This document shows, piece by piece, positions 54,399-64,000 of a stretch of DNA of 64,000 nucleotides. A program made the position numbers and the translations under genes. The stretch is from Nitrospirota bacterium (GTDB lineage Bacteria; Nitrospirota; UBA9217): contig CAWIYV010000014.1 of NCBI GenBank assembly GCA_963840455.1, positions 96,001-160,000 on the forward strand. Reading direction: 5' to 3'. The notes under the pieces were generated by a model. That model saw only the letters and a program-made list of their open reading frames with translations. It ran no database searches and was not told the DNA's origin. Position 1 is the stretch's first letter; each line of letters opens with the position of its first letter.

Positions 54399-54704
54399 AT
54401 GGACAAGAGCGCGGTTTCATTGCTGACGACCAGTTTGCAGGTGCTATGGCCGCTGTTGGCGATCCTGTGGTTCCTGGGGCTGTTCTTCCAGTTCCTGATG
54501 ATCGCCAATCGCAAACCGAACGTGAAGGTCTTTGACCAGCGGCTGATGTACAACCCCTTTAATATCCAGTTCTACGGTGACCAGTACCTGACGCTCAAAG
54601 GGCTCAAGTGGAGGAACTTGTCCTGGATCTGCTACGGCGTTTTCGTCGGGATCCTGGTGCTGATCTTCGCCGTATATTACTATATCAAGAAGCCGGCAGC
54701 GTAG
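54399..54704 (+). CDS. Hypothetical two-TM membrane protein
   Basis: Two hydrophobic helices; host-like codon usage. Confidence 0.7.
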   Translation: MDKSAVSLLTTSLQVLWPLLAILWFLGLFFQFLMIANRKPNVKVFDQRLMYNPFNIQFYGDQYLTLKGLKWRNLSWICYGVFVGILVLIFAVYYYIKKPAA

Positions 54705-54720
54705 ACATGCTCCGGACGCA

Positions 54721-55125
54721 TCACTCGATCGTGATCGTGTAGCCGGAGAACTCCGGAAGGGCGGCGAGCACTTCCTTCAGACCTTCAGCCTTGAACTTCC
54801 CGTAGGCCATCGAGTTGTCGAACAGTTTGATGGCCTTTTTGATCCCGTCCCGTTCGAACTTCCCCCCGCCGACAATGACCCATGTCTGGTCCTGGATGAA
54901 GAATTTTTCTTGCTTCGCATCATAACTTCCCTCTATTCCTTTGTCCATGCAGAACCGCTCGATGATGTTGGCGTGGTACTTCGTGAATTCCTTGGGCGAG
55001 AGGACGAGGTAGATCATATTCCCGTTCCTGATCTGGACGAACTTGCCGGAGACAACGGGAGGGATCGCTGTCTGGACGATAGATGTATAGTAGAAGGGAA
55101 TATAGTCGATAAGGACCGTCGGCAT
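54721..55125 (-). CDS. Hypothetical protein
   Basis: Open frame with GKFVQI...YHANII...GGGKF...SMAYGKF; host-like codon usage. Confidence 0.7.
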   Translation of the reverse strand: MPTVLIDYIPFYYTSIVQTAIPPVVSGKFVQIRNGNMIYLVLSPKEFTKYHANIIERFCMDKGIEGSYDAKQEKFFIQDQTWVIVGGGKFERDGIKKAIKLFDNSMAYGKFKAEGLKEVLAALPEFSGYTITIE

Positions 55126-55275
55126 GGCTCTATTATAGCTGAAGGCAGAAAGATGTGCAGCAGGGAGTGCGGCCGGGTGCACAGGCTGCATTACTGGTAC
55201 AGTCGGTCTGAGCCCTATCTTCCTCTTGTGAAAAAAGGCCGGTGAATTGAGGCAGGCAACGGCAGGCGGGGCGGA

Positions 55276-55920
55276 TCACTTTTTCATACTACGGGAGTAT
55301 ACGTGCGCGCACCGGATCGGTTCGGGTATTCGATAGCTCCCGACGCATGACAGCACGAACCTGACCGATCCTTCCCTGTCGATGCAATGACCCGGCGATA
55401 CGAACAGGGGACGCACACCATCCTTTGTTCTCAGCACCGCACCGATGACATCTCCTTCATAATTCAGGTCCGACCACGATCCTTTTCGCACTCCCGGTTC
55501 GCGGTAGTCTCCCACCAATCTTGTCTTGGCGCATCCGATCGTTGGAACGTCCAGCTGCACACCGATGTGGCATGCGATGCCGAATCCCCGTGGATGGGCG
55601 ATACCCTGGCCATCGACCAGGATGATATCCGGCATCCGCGCAAGCTTCCGGACCGCAGCGATGATGGCAGGTCCCTCACGGAAAGCGAGGTAACCCGGGA
55701 CGTAGGGGAATCGAAGTTCCTGGATATCCGCGGTCCGTTCCAGGCAGGTAAGGTCAGGAAAGGAGTACAGGCAGGCCGCGGCTGCGACGTGGTCCTCCGT
55801 GAACGCCGCATCCACGCCGGCGATGAAGCGCGGCGTGCCACGGTAGGCGGTGATGCGGACCCTGGAGCGCAGGCGTTCCTGCATTTCGCGGGCCTTCTGT
55901 ATGTTTCCCGGCCAACGTAC
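55276..55920 (-). CDS. nfi: Endonuclease V (start uncertain)
   Basis: AGVD, FPYVPGYLAFRE, VDGQGIAHPRGFGIA, IGCAKT, FVSPGH, RIPEP. First ATG is at 55884, but homology appears to extend to 55920. Confidence 0.9.
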   Translation of the reverse strand, partial: VRWPGNIQKAREMQERLRSRVRITAYRGTPRFIAGVDAAFTEDHVAAAACLYSFPDLTCLERTADIQELRFPYVPGYLAFREGPAIIAAVRKLARMPDIILVDGQGIAHPRGFGIACHIGVQLDVPTIGCAKTRLVGDYREPGVRKGSWSDLNYEGDVIGAVLRTKDGVRPLFVSPGHCIDREGSVRFVLSCVGSYRIPEPIRCAHVYSRSMKK

Positions 55921-56029
55921 GGTCTATTTTCCTCTTAAATTCTTGCTGAATCTGGAGTATCTGTGGCGCCAAAGTACGCGTCCATGATTACCGGGGTGGC
56001 GAGAACTGTTGACGAAGATTATGGACTAT

Positions 56030-56511
56030 ACCTAATCCGTTACTGTACAGGTCGTTGAACCGGAAACACCGCCTGATGTCGCCGTAATCGTGGCTGAACC
56101 GCTCCCTACGGCCGCCGCAAGTCCATTAACTATCCGCCGCATTACTCATCGTAGCTGCGCCGATGTTGGAGGAGCTCCACGTCACAGATGCTGTTATGAC
56201 TTGCGTGCTGTTGTCGGAGAAAGTTCCTGTCGCATTGAATTGATGATTGTAGCCTTTATGAATGGTAGGGTTGACAGGAGTAATTTCAATGAAGCATAAA
56301 GTAAGGAGGCGGAATAGTTGAGCCTACCTTGCCTTTACAACTGAAAACCGTCAAGAAGAGCTGCACAATAAACAGCCAGTTTGCTTTTCATTGTTTGGCT
56401 GTTCTTAGTAAGAATATTCATAAAACCCGCCCTCTAACGGCTGACAAAACCGCGAGTCCAATTCAAACAGATAGAAGAAATGCGATATAGCGTTTTGATG
56501 GTCAATAATAG
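56030..56511 (-). pseudogene. Decayed duplicate of the 5' end and upstream region of the Ig-repeat lipoprotein gene
   Basis: Direct similarity to about 58130-58621, e.g. GTGGCTGAACCGCTCCCTACGG, CTGAAAACCGT, TTCATTGTTTGGCTGTTC and GATGGTCAATAATA, with indels. Confidence 0.8.
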
Positions 56512-56518
56512 GTAACCT

Positions 56519-56670
56519 TGATCTGTCCCCAAAACCTGTACCACTCTGAGATTCGGACCTATGCTTTCATAAATGCTAGCATAAAATCGAAAGGAGAACA
56601 ATCACGAGTGTCAGGAAAGAATTCTCTCCCGAGCAGATTCTCGGGCAGATCAGGGATGAACTACCGAACT
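56519..56670 (+). mobile_element. IS3-family left-end remnant
   Basis: TGATCTGTCCCC end, SD AAAGGAG, then an OrfA-like RKEFSPEQILGQIRD fragment. Confidence 0.55.
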
Positions 56671-56852
56671 AAGGGAATTTTACGTCATTAGCAGAGACGA
56701 GGGTCTTGATTGAACTGTGGAGATGAGAGTATGATCACGTTTGACCACACAGCTCTCTGGGATGCCGCCTCCCGGCCCCAGAGGAGATCCAACCCAAAAA
56801 TCCGACTCTCCAATGGGAACAATAATCAGGGGCAGGTCAATTTTTCCAGCAT

Positions 56853-58502
56853 TCACGGAGTATCCCCGACCAAGCCTATGGGGTGTTTGGGGTTGGTCCA
56901 GTTGATCACCCAATCATCCCAATAAATAGTCCCTGACATCCCGGACTCAGATGCACCTATAAGGGAACCAATCCACATACCAATGATTTCATCATTCGGA
57001 GTTGCACCGTCTGAAGCGTGGTTTACCGAACCGACAAAGGCAAGGCTGGAATCATAAACATCAACGACAACCGTATCGTTATTGCGATAATCAACCGCGA
57101 TCCAATACCATGCGTTCTGCGGCAGGGTGACATATTCAGTCGAATAATAACCCGTATTATTACTCGTATAAAAGATAAACGACCGCAACCGCATCTCTTT
57201 ACCGGTAGGATCACCAAGCTTCAGATAGGTGTCTGTGCCGGAATTAACTGTATTAATGCACAAGACATCATGTTCGCCATACAACTCCGTCATACCTGAT
57301 GGCACATACAGCCAGAATCCGGTGGTGAAGCTGGTCTTGTAAGTATCAAATACATACTGAACGGTCCCATGTCTGTAGGCTGTCCCATTATTTTCATAAG
57401 CCAGACCTTCCGATCCGGCTGAGTCGCTAACTCCATTGAAGACCGCCGGAGCTGTCTTCTCACCAGAATTGGAGGTAGACGCATCACCATCATTGTCGAT
57501 ATTCCACGAGCCGAGCGTTGTATGGGCATTTGCTGCAAGATTTGTTGTATTCAGTGTTGGGAAATCGAATGTCTGCCACATATCAACAGTGGCTATCACC
57601 GTCACCGTAAGTGTCGTTGAACCAGAGATACTGCCTGATGTCGCCGTAATTGTGGCTGCACCGCCCCCTACGGCCGCCGCAAGTCCGTTACTACCCGCCA
57701 CATTACTGATGGTAGCTGCGCTGGTATTTGAGGAACTCCATGCCACAAACGCTGTTATGTCCTGCAAGCTGTTGTCAGAAAAAGTTCCTGTCGCCGTGAA
57801 CTGTTGTTTATAGCCTGTCGTAATGTTCGGACTTGTCGGTGTAACTGCAATGGAAATCAATATGGCAGGCGTTACGGTAACTGTCGTTGAACCAGAGATA
57901 CTGCCCGATGTCGCTGTAATTGTAGCTGAACCGCTCCCTACGGCCGCAGCAAGTCCGTTACTGCCCGCCGTATTACTGATCGTGGCTACGCTGGTGTTGG
58001 AGGTGCTCCACGTCACCGATGTTGTTATGACTTGCGAGCTGTTGTCAGAAAAAGTTCCTGTCGCTGTAAACTGTTGTTTATAACCTGTCGTAATGTTCGG
58101 ACTTGTCGGTGTAACTGCAATGGAAATCAATACGGCAGGCGTTACGGTAACTGTCGTTGAACCAGAGATACTGCCCGATGTCGCTGTAATTGTGGCTGAA
58201 CCGCTCCCTACGGTCGCCGCAAGTCCGTTACTACCAGCCACATTACTGATGGTAGCTACGCTGGTATTTGAGGAGCTCCATGCCACAGACGTTGTTATGT
58301 CCTGCGAGCTGTTGTCAGAGTAACTACCTGTCGCTGTGAAGTGATAATTGTAGCCATTCTGAATGGTAGGATTGACAGGAGTAATTTCTATGGAGTGTAA
58401 GGAAGGAAGTGGAATATTTAAGACTACCTCACCTCCACAGCTGAAAACCGTTAAGGAAAGTAACATAATAAACAGAATAAAAAGGCAGTTTGCTATCTTC
58501 AT
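56853..58502 (-). CDS. Surface lipoprotein with three Big_2 Ig-like repeats and a C-terminal beta-sandwich (ConA/LamG-like) domain
   Basis: Signal ending VFSC; three 90-aa (270-bp) repeats SIxVTP...FTATGxxSD...WSSSN.SVATI...G.ATITAT; lower GC. Confidence 0.88.
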   Translation of the reverse strand: MKIANCLFILFIMLLSLTVFSCGGEVVLNIPLPSLHSIEITPVNPTIQNGYNYHFTATGSYSDNSSQDITTSVAWSSSNTSVATISNVAGSNGLAATVGSGSATITATSGSISGSTTVTVTPAVLISIAVTPTSPNITTGYKQQFTATGTFSDNSSQVITTSVTWSTSNTSVATISNTAGSNGLAAAVGSGSATITATSGSISGSTTVTVTPAILISIAVTPTSPNITTGYKQQFTATGTFSDNSLQDITAFVAWSSSNTSAATISNVAGSNGLAAAVGGGAATITATSGSISGSTTLTVTVIATVDMWQTFDFPTLNTTNLAANAHTTLGSWNIDNDGDASTSNSGEKTAPAVFNGVSDSAGSEGLAYENNGTAYRHGTVQYVFDTYKTSFTTGFWLYVPSGMTELYGEHDVLCINTVNSGTDTYLKLGDPTGKEMRLRSFIFYTSNNTGYYSTEYVTLPQNAWYWIAVDYRNNDTVVVDVYDSSLAFVGSVNHASDGATPNDEIIGMWIGSLIGASESGMSGTIYWDDWVINWTNPKHPIGLVGDTP

Positions 58503-58689
58503 TGTTTGGCTGTTCCCAGTAATAAATTCACATAACCGGCCGTCTTACGGCTATAAAAATCCTTGTGACCAATTGGAACAGATAAAAGTATTGCCATATA
58601 GAGATTGGATGGTCAATAATATTTGACCTCGTCCTGTTGGCCTAGAGAAGCATAAGGGCATTCGGGGTGAACACCTAAATGATGCAATG

Positions 58690-59057
58690 TTCAAGAATAC
58701 AGCTTGTAAATCGACCATCCTCGGGTCGAGGATGAGCGTCTTGTCAACGTCCTCCTCTGTCCCCTTCATCTTCCGGACTTGTAAAATGCAAGGTCCCGGT
58801 TGAAGTACTGCATCGCCTCGAAGGGCGACATCTCGATGGCCTTGGTTAAATAGCTGATCGCCCGCTGATAGTCTCCCTTCTGCAGGTATTCACTGCCAAA
58901 CTGTACCGGTCCTCTGTAGGCCCTGTACGTTGCCGCAAAATCCCCAGCCGATGACGCCGCAGGGCAAATGATCAACAAGCAGACGAAGAGCAGGGAGAGC
59001 GAAAGGAGCAACCTGTGGAGATCCTGAAGGCCGCCCATCGTAAGATTGGGTTGCCAT
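58690..59057 (-). pseudogene. Frameshifted secreted TPR protein
   Basis: The SD-backed ATG at 59057 is out of frame with the signal/TPR ORF (GDYQRAISYLTKAIEMSP). The TPR-like text continues in another frame (EEDVDKTLILDPR). Confidence 0.65.
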
Positions 59058-59117
59058 TGAGATCACCTCAATAGGATATTGTTCAAAATAAAAAGCCGGA
59101 CATACCTAAGGATGCAT

Positions 59118-59197
59118 CCTTCGGCAGCCCGGCCATCTCGCTCATCCAAGACCCGTTGCTTTCCGTCCCCGCCTCACGACGGGTTTGGCTTTATCAA
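59118..59197 (-). ncRNA. Cyclic di-GMP-I (GEMM-I) riboswitch
   Basis: GATAAAGCCAAACCCGTC-GTGA-GGCGGGGACGGAAAGCAACGGGTC...GATGGCCGGGCTGCCGAA, with an overlapping terminator ending GTCCGGCTTTTATTTT near 59085. Confidence 0.9.
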
Positions 59198-59455
59198 AGT
59201 TTAATTATATTAAAGCATTAGCACAAGGAGCTGTCAATTTCCATGATTTGCAACTGTTCACATTGTTGCATAGGCGGGAATGTGTGGGCGGTAGCAGAGA
59301 ACCTTGTCTTTAAGGCAATGGGATTTATAACTGCGGCTCGAATCAATTTTCGAGGAGAGGATTAAAATAGTGGTCACCTGGCGTATTGCTGACAACAGAA
59401 TGTAATATGCATTTTTTGATGGCCTCATAAATATCACCTGTGCAGGAAGTATCCG

Positions 59456-60310
59456 TTACTCCCGCTGCCTTGGGTCGAGCGCGTCCCGGATGCCTTCGCC
59501 GAGGAGGTTGTAGCCCAGGACCGTGACGAGGATGGCGAGGCCGGGGAAAGCGGAGAGCCACCAGGCGATCTCGATATTGTCCTTGCCGGACGATAGGAGG
59601 CTGCCCCAACTCGGCGTGGGCGGCTGGACGCCGAGGCCGAGGAAACTCAGGCCGGACTCGACGAGGACCGCGCCGCCGATGCCCATGGTGGCGGAAACAA
59701 GGATGGGGGAGAGGCCATTCGGCAGAATATGCCTGAAGATGATGCGGAAGTCGGACGCGCCAAGGGCGTGCGCCGCGGTCACGAACTCGCGCTCCTTGAT
59801 GGTGATGAACTCGGCGCGCACGAGCCTGGCCGGCTCCATCCAGCTCGTGAGCCCGATGACGATCATGATGTTGATGATGCTGGGCTCCAGGATGGCGATG
59901 ACGGCGAGGATGAGGAAGATCGTGGGGATGCTGAGCATGATATCCACGGCGCGCATGATGGCGCTGTCGATGGTGCCTCCGTAGTACCCCGATACCGCGC
60001 CGAGCAGGATGCCGATGAGGGTCGCGATGCCGATGGCCACGAAGCCCACCTCGAGCGAGACACGGGCGCCGTAGATCATTCGCGACAGCACGTCCCTGCC
60101 CAGGTCATCGGTGCCGAAAAAGTGCTGGCTGCTTGGGGCGACGAGGATGTTCTTGATGTCGATCTTCGATGGGTCGTAAGGCGCGATCCAAGGGGCAAAG
60201 ATGGCGACCGCGAACACGCTGAGAACGAGCAGCCCGCCGCCAAAGGCGAGCCAGTTGCGTTTTACCTGCTGGTAGGTCTGTCGTGCAGTGAGCGTGGTGG
60301 AATTTGACAT
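59456..60310 (-). CDS. Peptide ABC transporter permease (OppC/DppC family)
   Basis: FGTDDLGRDVLSR, ARLVRAE, HILPN, LSFLGLG...PSWG, LRDA-like GEGIRDALDP. Confidence 0.95.
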   Translation of the reverse strand: MSNSTTLTARQTYQQVKRNWLAFGGGLLVLSVFAVAIFAPWIAPYDPSKIDIKNILVAPSSQHFFGTDDLGRDVLSRMIYGARVSLEVGFVAIGIATLIGILLGAVSGYYGGTIDSAIMRAVDIMLSIPTIFLILAVIAILEPSIINIMIVIGLTSWMEPARLVRAEFITIKEREFVTAAHALGASDFRIIFRHILPNGLSPILVSATMGIGGAVLVESGLSFLGLGVQPPTPSWGSLLSSGKDNIEIAWWLSAFPGLAILVTVLGYNLLGEGIRDALDPRQRE

Positions 60311-60366
60311 TCCTTATGTCCTTGTCCCGGTCTTTCCAATCCGCAATCCGAAATCCGCAATTCGCA

Positions 60367-61338
60367 TTAACGAAGCCTTACCCTCGGGTCCGCCAGCGCG
60401 TAGCCGATGTCGGCCAGGAAGTTTCCGAGCATGGTCAGCACTGCCGCGGGCACCAGGATACCCATGGCGACGTTGTAGTCGCGCGAGAAGACGGCCTGGT
60501 ACATGAGCCGGCCCATGCCGTCGATGCCGAAGACGGTCTCCATGATGACGGCACCGCCAATGATGCCGGGAACAGAGAGTCCGAGGATGGTGATGACCGG
60601 CATCAGTGCGTTCCGCAGAGCGTGCTTGTAGATCACGGTGCTCTCGGGGAGGCCCTTGGCCCGCGCGGTCCTGATGTAGTCCTGCCGCATTACCTCGAGC
60701 ATGTTGTTCCGCATGTACCGTGAGAATCCCGCGAGGCCTCCGATGGCGGACACAAAGACCGGCAGGACCAGGTGTTCAGCGCGGTCCATGAGCCACTGGA
60801 GCTTCGTAAAACCGGTCGTGTCCAGGCTCTCCTTTCCGGAGATGGGCAGGATGCCCCATTGAACGCCGAAAAGATAGATGAGCAGCAGGGCCATCCAGAA
60901 GTGCGGCATGGAGTATCCCACGAACACGAACATGGTCGTGGCCCGGTCAAGGATCGAGTATTGGTGCGTGGCGGACATGATGCCGATGGGGATGGCAATG
61001 AGGAGTACTACGAACAGCGACAGGAGGTTGATGGTGAGGGTGATCGGGAGCCGTTCGAGGATCTTGTCCTTCACCTTGCGGCCGTCGGCGAAGGCCTCGC
61101 CGAAGTCCAGGGTCACGAACTTCTTGAGCCACGTGAGGTACTGCTTGTACACCGGCTGGTCCGCTCCGTAGAGCTTCCGGAGGCGTTCCCGCGCCTCGGC
61201 CGACGCCTTTGCCGAGAACTCCATCTGCGCCTCGGCCGGACCGCCCGGGGCCATGTGCATGACCGAGAACGAGAGCAGCGTGATGCCCAGCAGGATGGGG
61301 ACCATGAGGAGCGCGCGCTTTATGCTATAGAAGAACAT
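60367..61338 (-). CDS. Peptide ABC transporter permease (OppB/DppB family)
   Basis: [34 protein letters not shown]. Confidence 0.95.
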   Translation of the reverse strand: MFFYSIKRALLMVPILLGITLLSFSVMHMAPGGPAEAQMEFSAKASAEARERLRKLYGADQPVYKQYLTWLKKFVTLDFGEAFADGRKVKDKILERLPITLTINLLSLFVVLLIAIPIGIMSATHQYSILDRATTMFVFVGYSMPHFWMALLLIYLFGVQWGILPISGKESLDTTGFTKLQWLMDRAEHLVLPVFVSAIGGLAGFSRYMRNNMLEVMRQDYIRTARAKGLPESTVIYKHALRNALMPVITILGLSVPGIIGGAVIMETVFGIDGMGRLMYQAVFSRDYNVAMGILVPAAVLTMLGNFLADIGYALADPRVRLR

Positions 61339-61345
61339 CGCGGAA

Positions 61346-61600
61346 TCACCCTTTTATCTTGTAGACGAGGTCGAAGGGCTTGGCGGGCTGGGAGAGCTTG
61401 ATGCCGGTGAACTGGCCGCGGCTGGCCTTTTCCACGGGTTTGTGGTCGAACTCCATGTAATCGACCATCTGGGTGATGTCGGTGCTCGGGCCCTTGATGT
61501 GGACCGTGTCTCCGATCGCGAGGTCGCCGAAATCCAGCTTCAAGGCCGCGATGGAGTTCTTTTCAAAAAACCTGAGCACGGAGCCTATACGCTCTTCCAT
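61346..61600 (-). CDS. Small beta-barrel protein (EF-Tu domain II / U32 peptidase C-terminal-like)
   Basis: IGSVLRFF...[11 protein letters not shown]...Q.V..ME...A..GQ..GIK...D.VYK. Confidence 0.8.
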   Translation of the reverse strand: MEERIGSVLRFFEKNSIAALKLDFGDLAIGDTVHIKGPSTDITQMVDYMEFDHKPVEKASRGQFTGIKLSQPAKPFDLVYKIKG

Positions 61601-61700
61601 GGTGAAAATAATAGTATAAAACCACTGAGGTTTCAAGGGAAAAGGACGCAGGGTCGCGGGTAGTAAGGTCAAAAAGGGCATGTATTCTAGCCCTTTGCGC

Positions 61701-61729
61701 TTGACAAGGCCGGGGTTGATGAGTATTAT
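61701..61729 (+). promoter_or_regulatory. Sigma70 promoter of the tRNA cluster
   Basis: TTGACA-17 nt-TATTAT. Confidence 0.75.
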
Positions 61730-61768
61730 ATGTTCTGCCGTAAGGGGTACGATGTCCGCGGTGTTACG

Positions 61769-61845
<77 letters not shown>

Positions 61846-61918
61846 TTAAGCAGCTCAGGGCTGATAGCTGATGGCTCGCAGGGCAGGGAGCTATGAGCCG
61901 GGAGCTGCGAGCTGATCC

Positions 61919-61995
61919 GCGCCTGTAGCTCAGGTGGATAGAGCAACAGCCTTCTAAGCTGTGGGTCAGGGGTTCGAATCCCTTCAGGCGCGCCA
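61919..61995 (+). tRNA. tRNA-Arg(TCT)
   Basis: Anticodon arm ACAGC-CTTCTAA-GCTGT; encoded CCA. Confidence 0.97.
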
Positions 61996-62357
61996 TTTAT
62001 TCGTACAATATCGATTGGGGCAGCAGGAAGAGAGAGCAGAACCTGACCCAAGGGGTTTCAGGGGAAGGATTCCCCTGAGCCTCGGGGGAGACGCCAGAGG
62101 GGGCGGGCCCCCGCTGGGGAGCCCCTCGCGGGCGACGGGTCAACGGGTTCGAATCCCTTCAGGCGCGCCAATATCTCGATGGACATCGATCGCTAAAGGG
62201 ACTCACGGTCGATGGATGAGGGTTCGAACGCGCTGTGCCGGCGCATCCGCTCGTCAGGAGCGGACCAAGCGGGCACAGTGTAAAGGGATAATCCTGACGC
62301 GTGGAAGATTCCCGCTTCATCGCACCAAGGGGACCTTCAATCCCTTCAGGCGCGCCA
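61996..62357 (+). repeat. Two tRNA-linked units (175 and 187 bp), each ending in a copy of the tRNA-Arg(TCT) 3' end
   Basis: 26-bp exact copy at 62145-62170 and 19-bp exact copy at 62339-62357. Confidence 0.85.
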
Positions 62358-62422
62358 AATATAAAACAGTCAAGATTCAAAATTTTGAATTTTCCATTTT
62401 GAATTTTGAATTGTCTTTTCAT

Positions 62423-62499
62423 GGTGGGCGTAGCTCAGTTGGTAGAGCACTAGGTTGTGGCCCTAGTGGTCGCGGGTTCAAGCCCCGTCGCTCACCCCA
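62423..62499 (+). tRNA. tRNA-His(GTG)
   Basis: G-1 present; anticodon arm CTAGG-TTGTGGC-CCTAG; encoded CCA. Confidence 0.97.
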
Positions 62500-62597
62500 A
62501 TTTTTTGTAGTGCGGAGTTCGGAGTGGGGAATGCGGAGTGAGGATCATCCATGATCCTTGATTCCGCATTCGGCATTCCGCACTCCGCAATTTATTT

Positions 62598-62674
62598 GCG
62601 CCCGTAGCTCAGCTGGATAGAGCGTTGGCCTCCGAAGCCAAAGGCCGCGCGTTCGAATCGCGCCGGGCGCACCA
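62598..62674 (+). tRNA. tRNA-Arg(CCG)
   Basis: Anticodon arm TTGGC-CTCCGAA-GCCAA; encoded CCA. Confidence 0.97.
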
Positions 62675-62753
62675 GATCAAGAAAATTCAACATTCAAAAC
62701 TCAAGATTCACCATGTTGAATATTGAATTGGGAATTTTGAATTCGCAGAATAT

Positions 62754-62830
<77 letters not shown>

Positions 62831-63008
62831 ATTCTCAATACGAAAGATAAGGTCCGGCAGTAGAGCATCGTGCGTTCTTTCCTGCGACATGAGGGGTGCA
62901 GGGGAGAGACTCCCCTGCGGCTCGGGGGAGATTCCAGAGGGGGCAGGCCCCCTCTGGGAAGCCCTTTACGGGCGATAGAGCATGGTTCGAGCCCTGCCGG
63001 GTGCACCA
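62831..63008 (+). repeat. tRNA-linked unit (178 bp) ending in a copy of the tRNA-Arg(TCG) 3' end
   Basis: 24/25 match at 62984-63008; internal element homologous to 62051-62135. Confidence 0.85.
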
Positions 63009-63135
63009 TTCATTGATGAAGCAGGTTCAACGTTCAGGGTCCAACGCACGAGAACAAGAGCAATTTTGTTGTTGCATCAGCGAAAAAAGATAAGTATAAT
63101 ACGTTCCTTGTCGCAGGGTATTCCGTTTTTTTAAC

Positions 63136-63211
<76 letters not shown>

Positions 63212-63416
63212 TGACCGCACCGAGAGCAGTGAGCAGCAAGCAGCCATATTCGAAATGCTGCTAGCAGCACACTGCTCTCTTTGTTCGTGCCGGTGCTGTT
63301 GAATCTCCCGGCAGGCTTCGGGGAATGCGCACGCTCCTGGATCCAAGGGCCTTTTCGCGGCTCACGTGGCAGGGCGGAACGATGGTTCTTTGTGCCGTAT
63401 ATTCCTCAATAACGCT

Positions 63417-63499
63417 GCGAGAGTGGCGGAACTGGCAGACGCGCCAGACTTAGGATCTGGTGGGCAACCGTGGGGGTTCAAGTCCCCCCTCTCGCACCA
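63417..63499 (+). tRNA. tRNA-Leu(TAG)
   Basis: Anticodon arm CCAGA-CTTAGGA-TCTGG; extended variable arm; encoded CCA. Confidence 0.97.
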
Positions 63500-63608
63500 T
63501 TTTCTTTCAGGGAACAGTGATTCAGAGATACCGCGGGTCCGTGAGGAACGACGTTCTTCAGTCCCTGGTTCTCTGTTATCTTAAAAAAAACGAACAGGAG
63601 TGAAGACC

Positions 63609-64000
63609 ATGAAAGTCACTGTCGAAGACATCAGCACCGTCAAAAAGAAACTGCACATCCAGGTAATGCCCGATGCCATCGCTATGGAGATGAAGAGGGC
63701 CGTGGCCGATGTGGCGAAGAAGGCCAAGATCCCCGGGTTCCGGCCCGGCAAGGCGCCGAAGAACGTCGTGGAGAAACACTACCAAACGGAAATCCAGTCG
63801 GAGGTAATGAACCGCCTCATCTCGGATTCCTATCTCCGTGCGCTCAACGAGAACAGCCTCATCGCCGTCGATATGCCGAACATCACGAATATCTCACCGC
63901 TGGAGAAGGATGCGCCGTTGAATTTCACGGCCCTGGTGGAAGTGCGGCCGAAATTCGACCTCGGCATGTATGAGGGAATTGAAGTGAAGGAAGCGCCGGT
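63609..64000 (+). CDS. tig: Trigger factor (5' part; runs off the window end)
   Basis: MKVTVEDISTVKKKLHI...KIPGFRPGKAP; follows tRNA-Leu. Confidence 0.96.
   Translation, partial: MKVTVEDISTVKKKLHIQVMPDAIAMEMKRAVADVAKKAKIPGFRPGKAPKNVVEKHYQTEIQSEVMNRLISDSYLRALNENSLIAVDMPNITNISPLEKDAPLNFTALVEVRPKFDLGMYEGIEVKEAP

Noticed and set aside
57600-58400. 270-bp tandem DNA repeats as a mobile or non-coding array
   Set aside because: They are in-frame Ig-like domain repeats of the lipoprotein.

Overview
Bacterial chromosomal window, GC-rich by eye, with short AT-rich patches at about 3.8-4.8, 19.0-19.4, 29.8-30.0 and 56-59 kb. The recA-pilT-recX-alaS order and an SbtM-type radical SAM locus suggest a Nitrospirota or Desulfobacterota-like anaerobe (inference). 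The left two-thirds is a mixed accessory region: a giant FixC/FixX flavoprotein fusion, ABC export and import systems, an 8-PAS hybrid kinase, a chemotaxis module, msrA and small enzymes. The right third is core genome: pgpA-cinA-thpR-recA-pilT-recX-alaS, a ubiB-like kinase, mltG, nfi, peptide ABC permeases, seven tRNAs and tig. The main signals not captured by the ORF track are: (1) two tandem selenocysteine RiPP precursor genes with 2 and 3 in-frame UGA codons (mostly KSS-U-SG) and covarying SECIS hairpins, upstream of a radical SAM/SPASM maturase; (2) a STAS-HATPase plus STAS-winged-helix gene pair whose promoter lies under a perfect 29-bp palindrome, upstream of the recA cluster; (3) about 180-bp tRNA-linked units that duplicate tRNA-Arg 3' ends, two of them sharing a covarying three-hairpin element; (4) a 32-aa hydrophobic peptide facing a candidate structured sRNA; (5) a solitary attC-like cassette; (6) a c-di-GMP-I riboswitch; (7) an orphan GroES with a histone-like tail. 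All assignments come from motif recognition by eye; no database searches were run.
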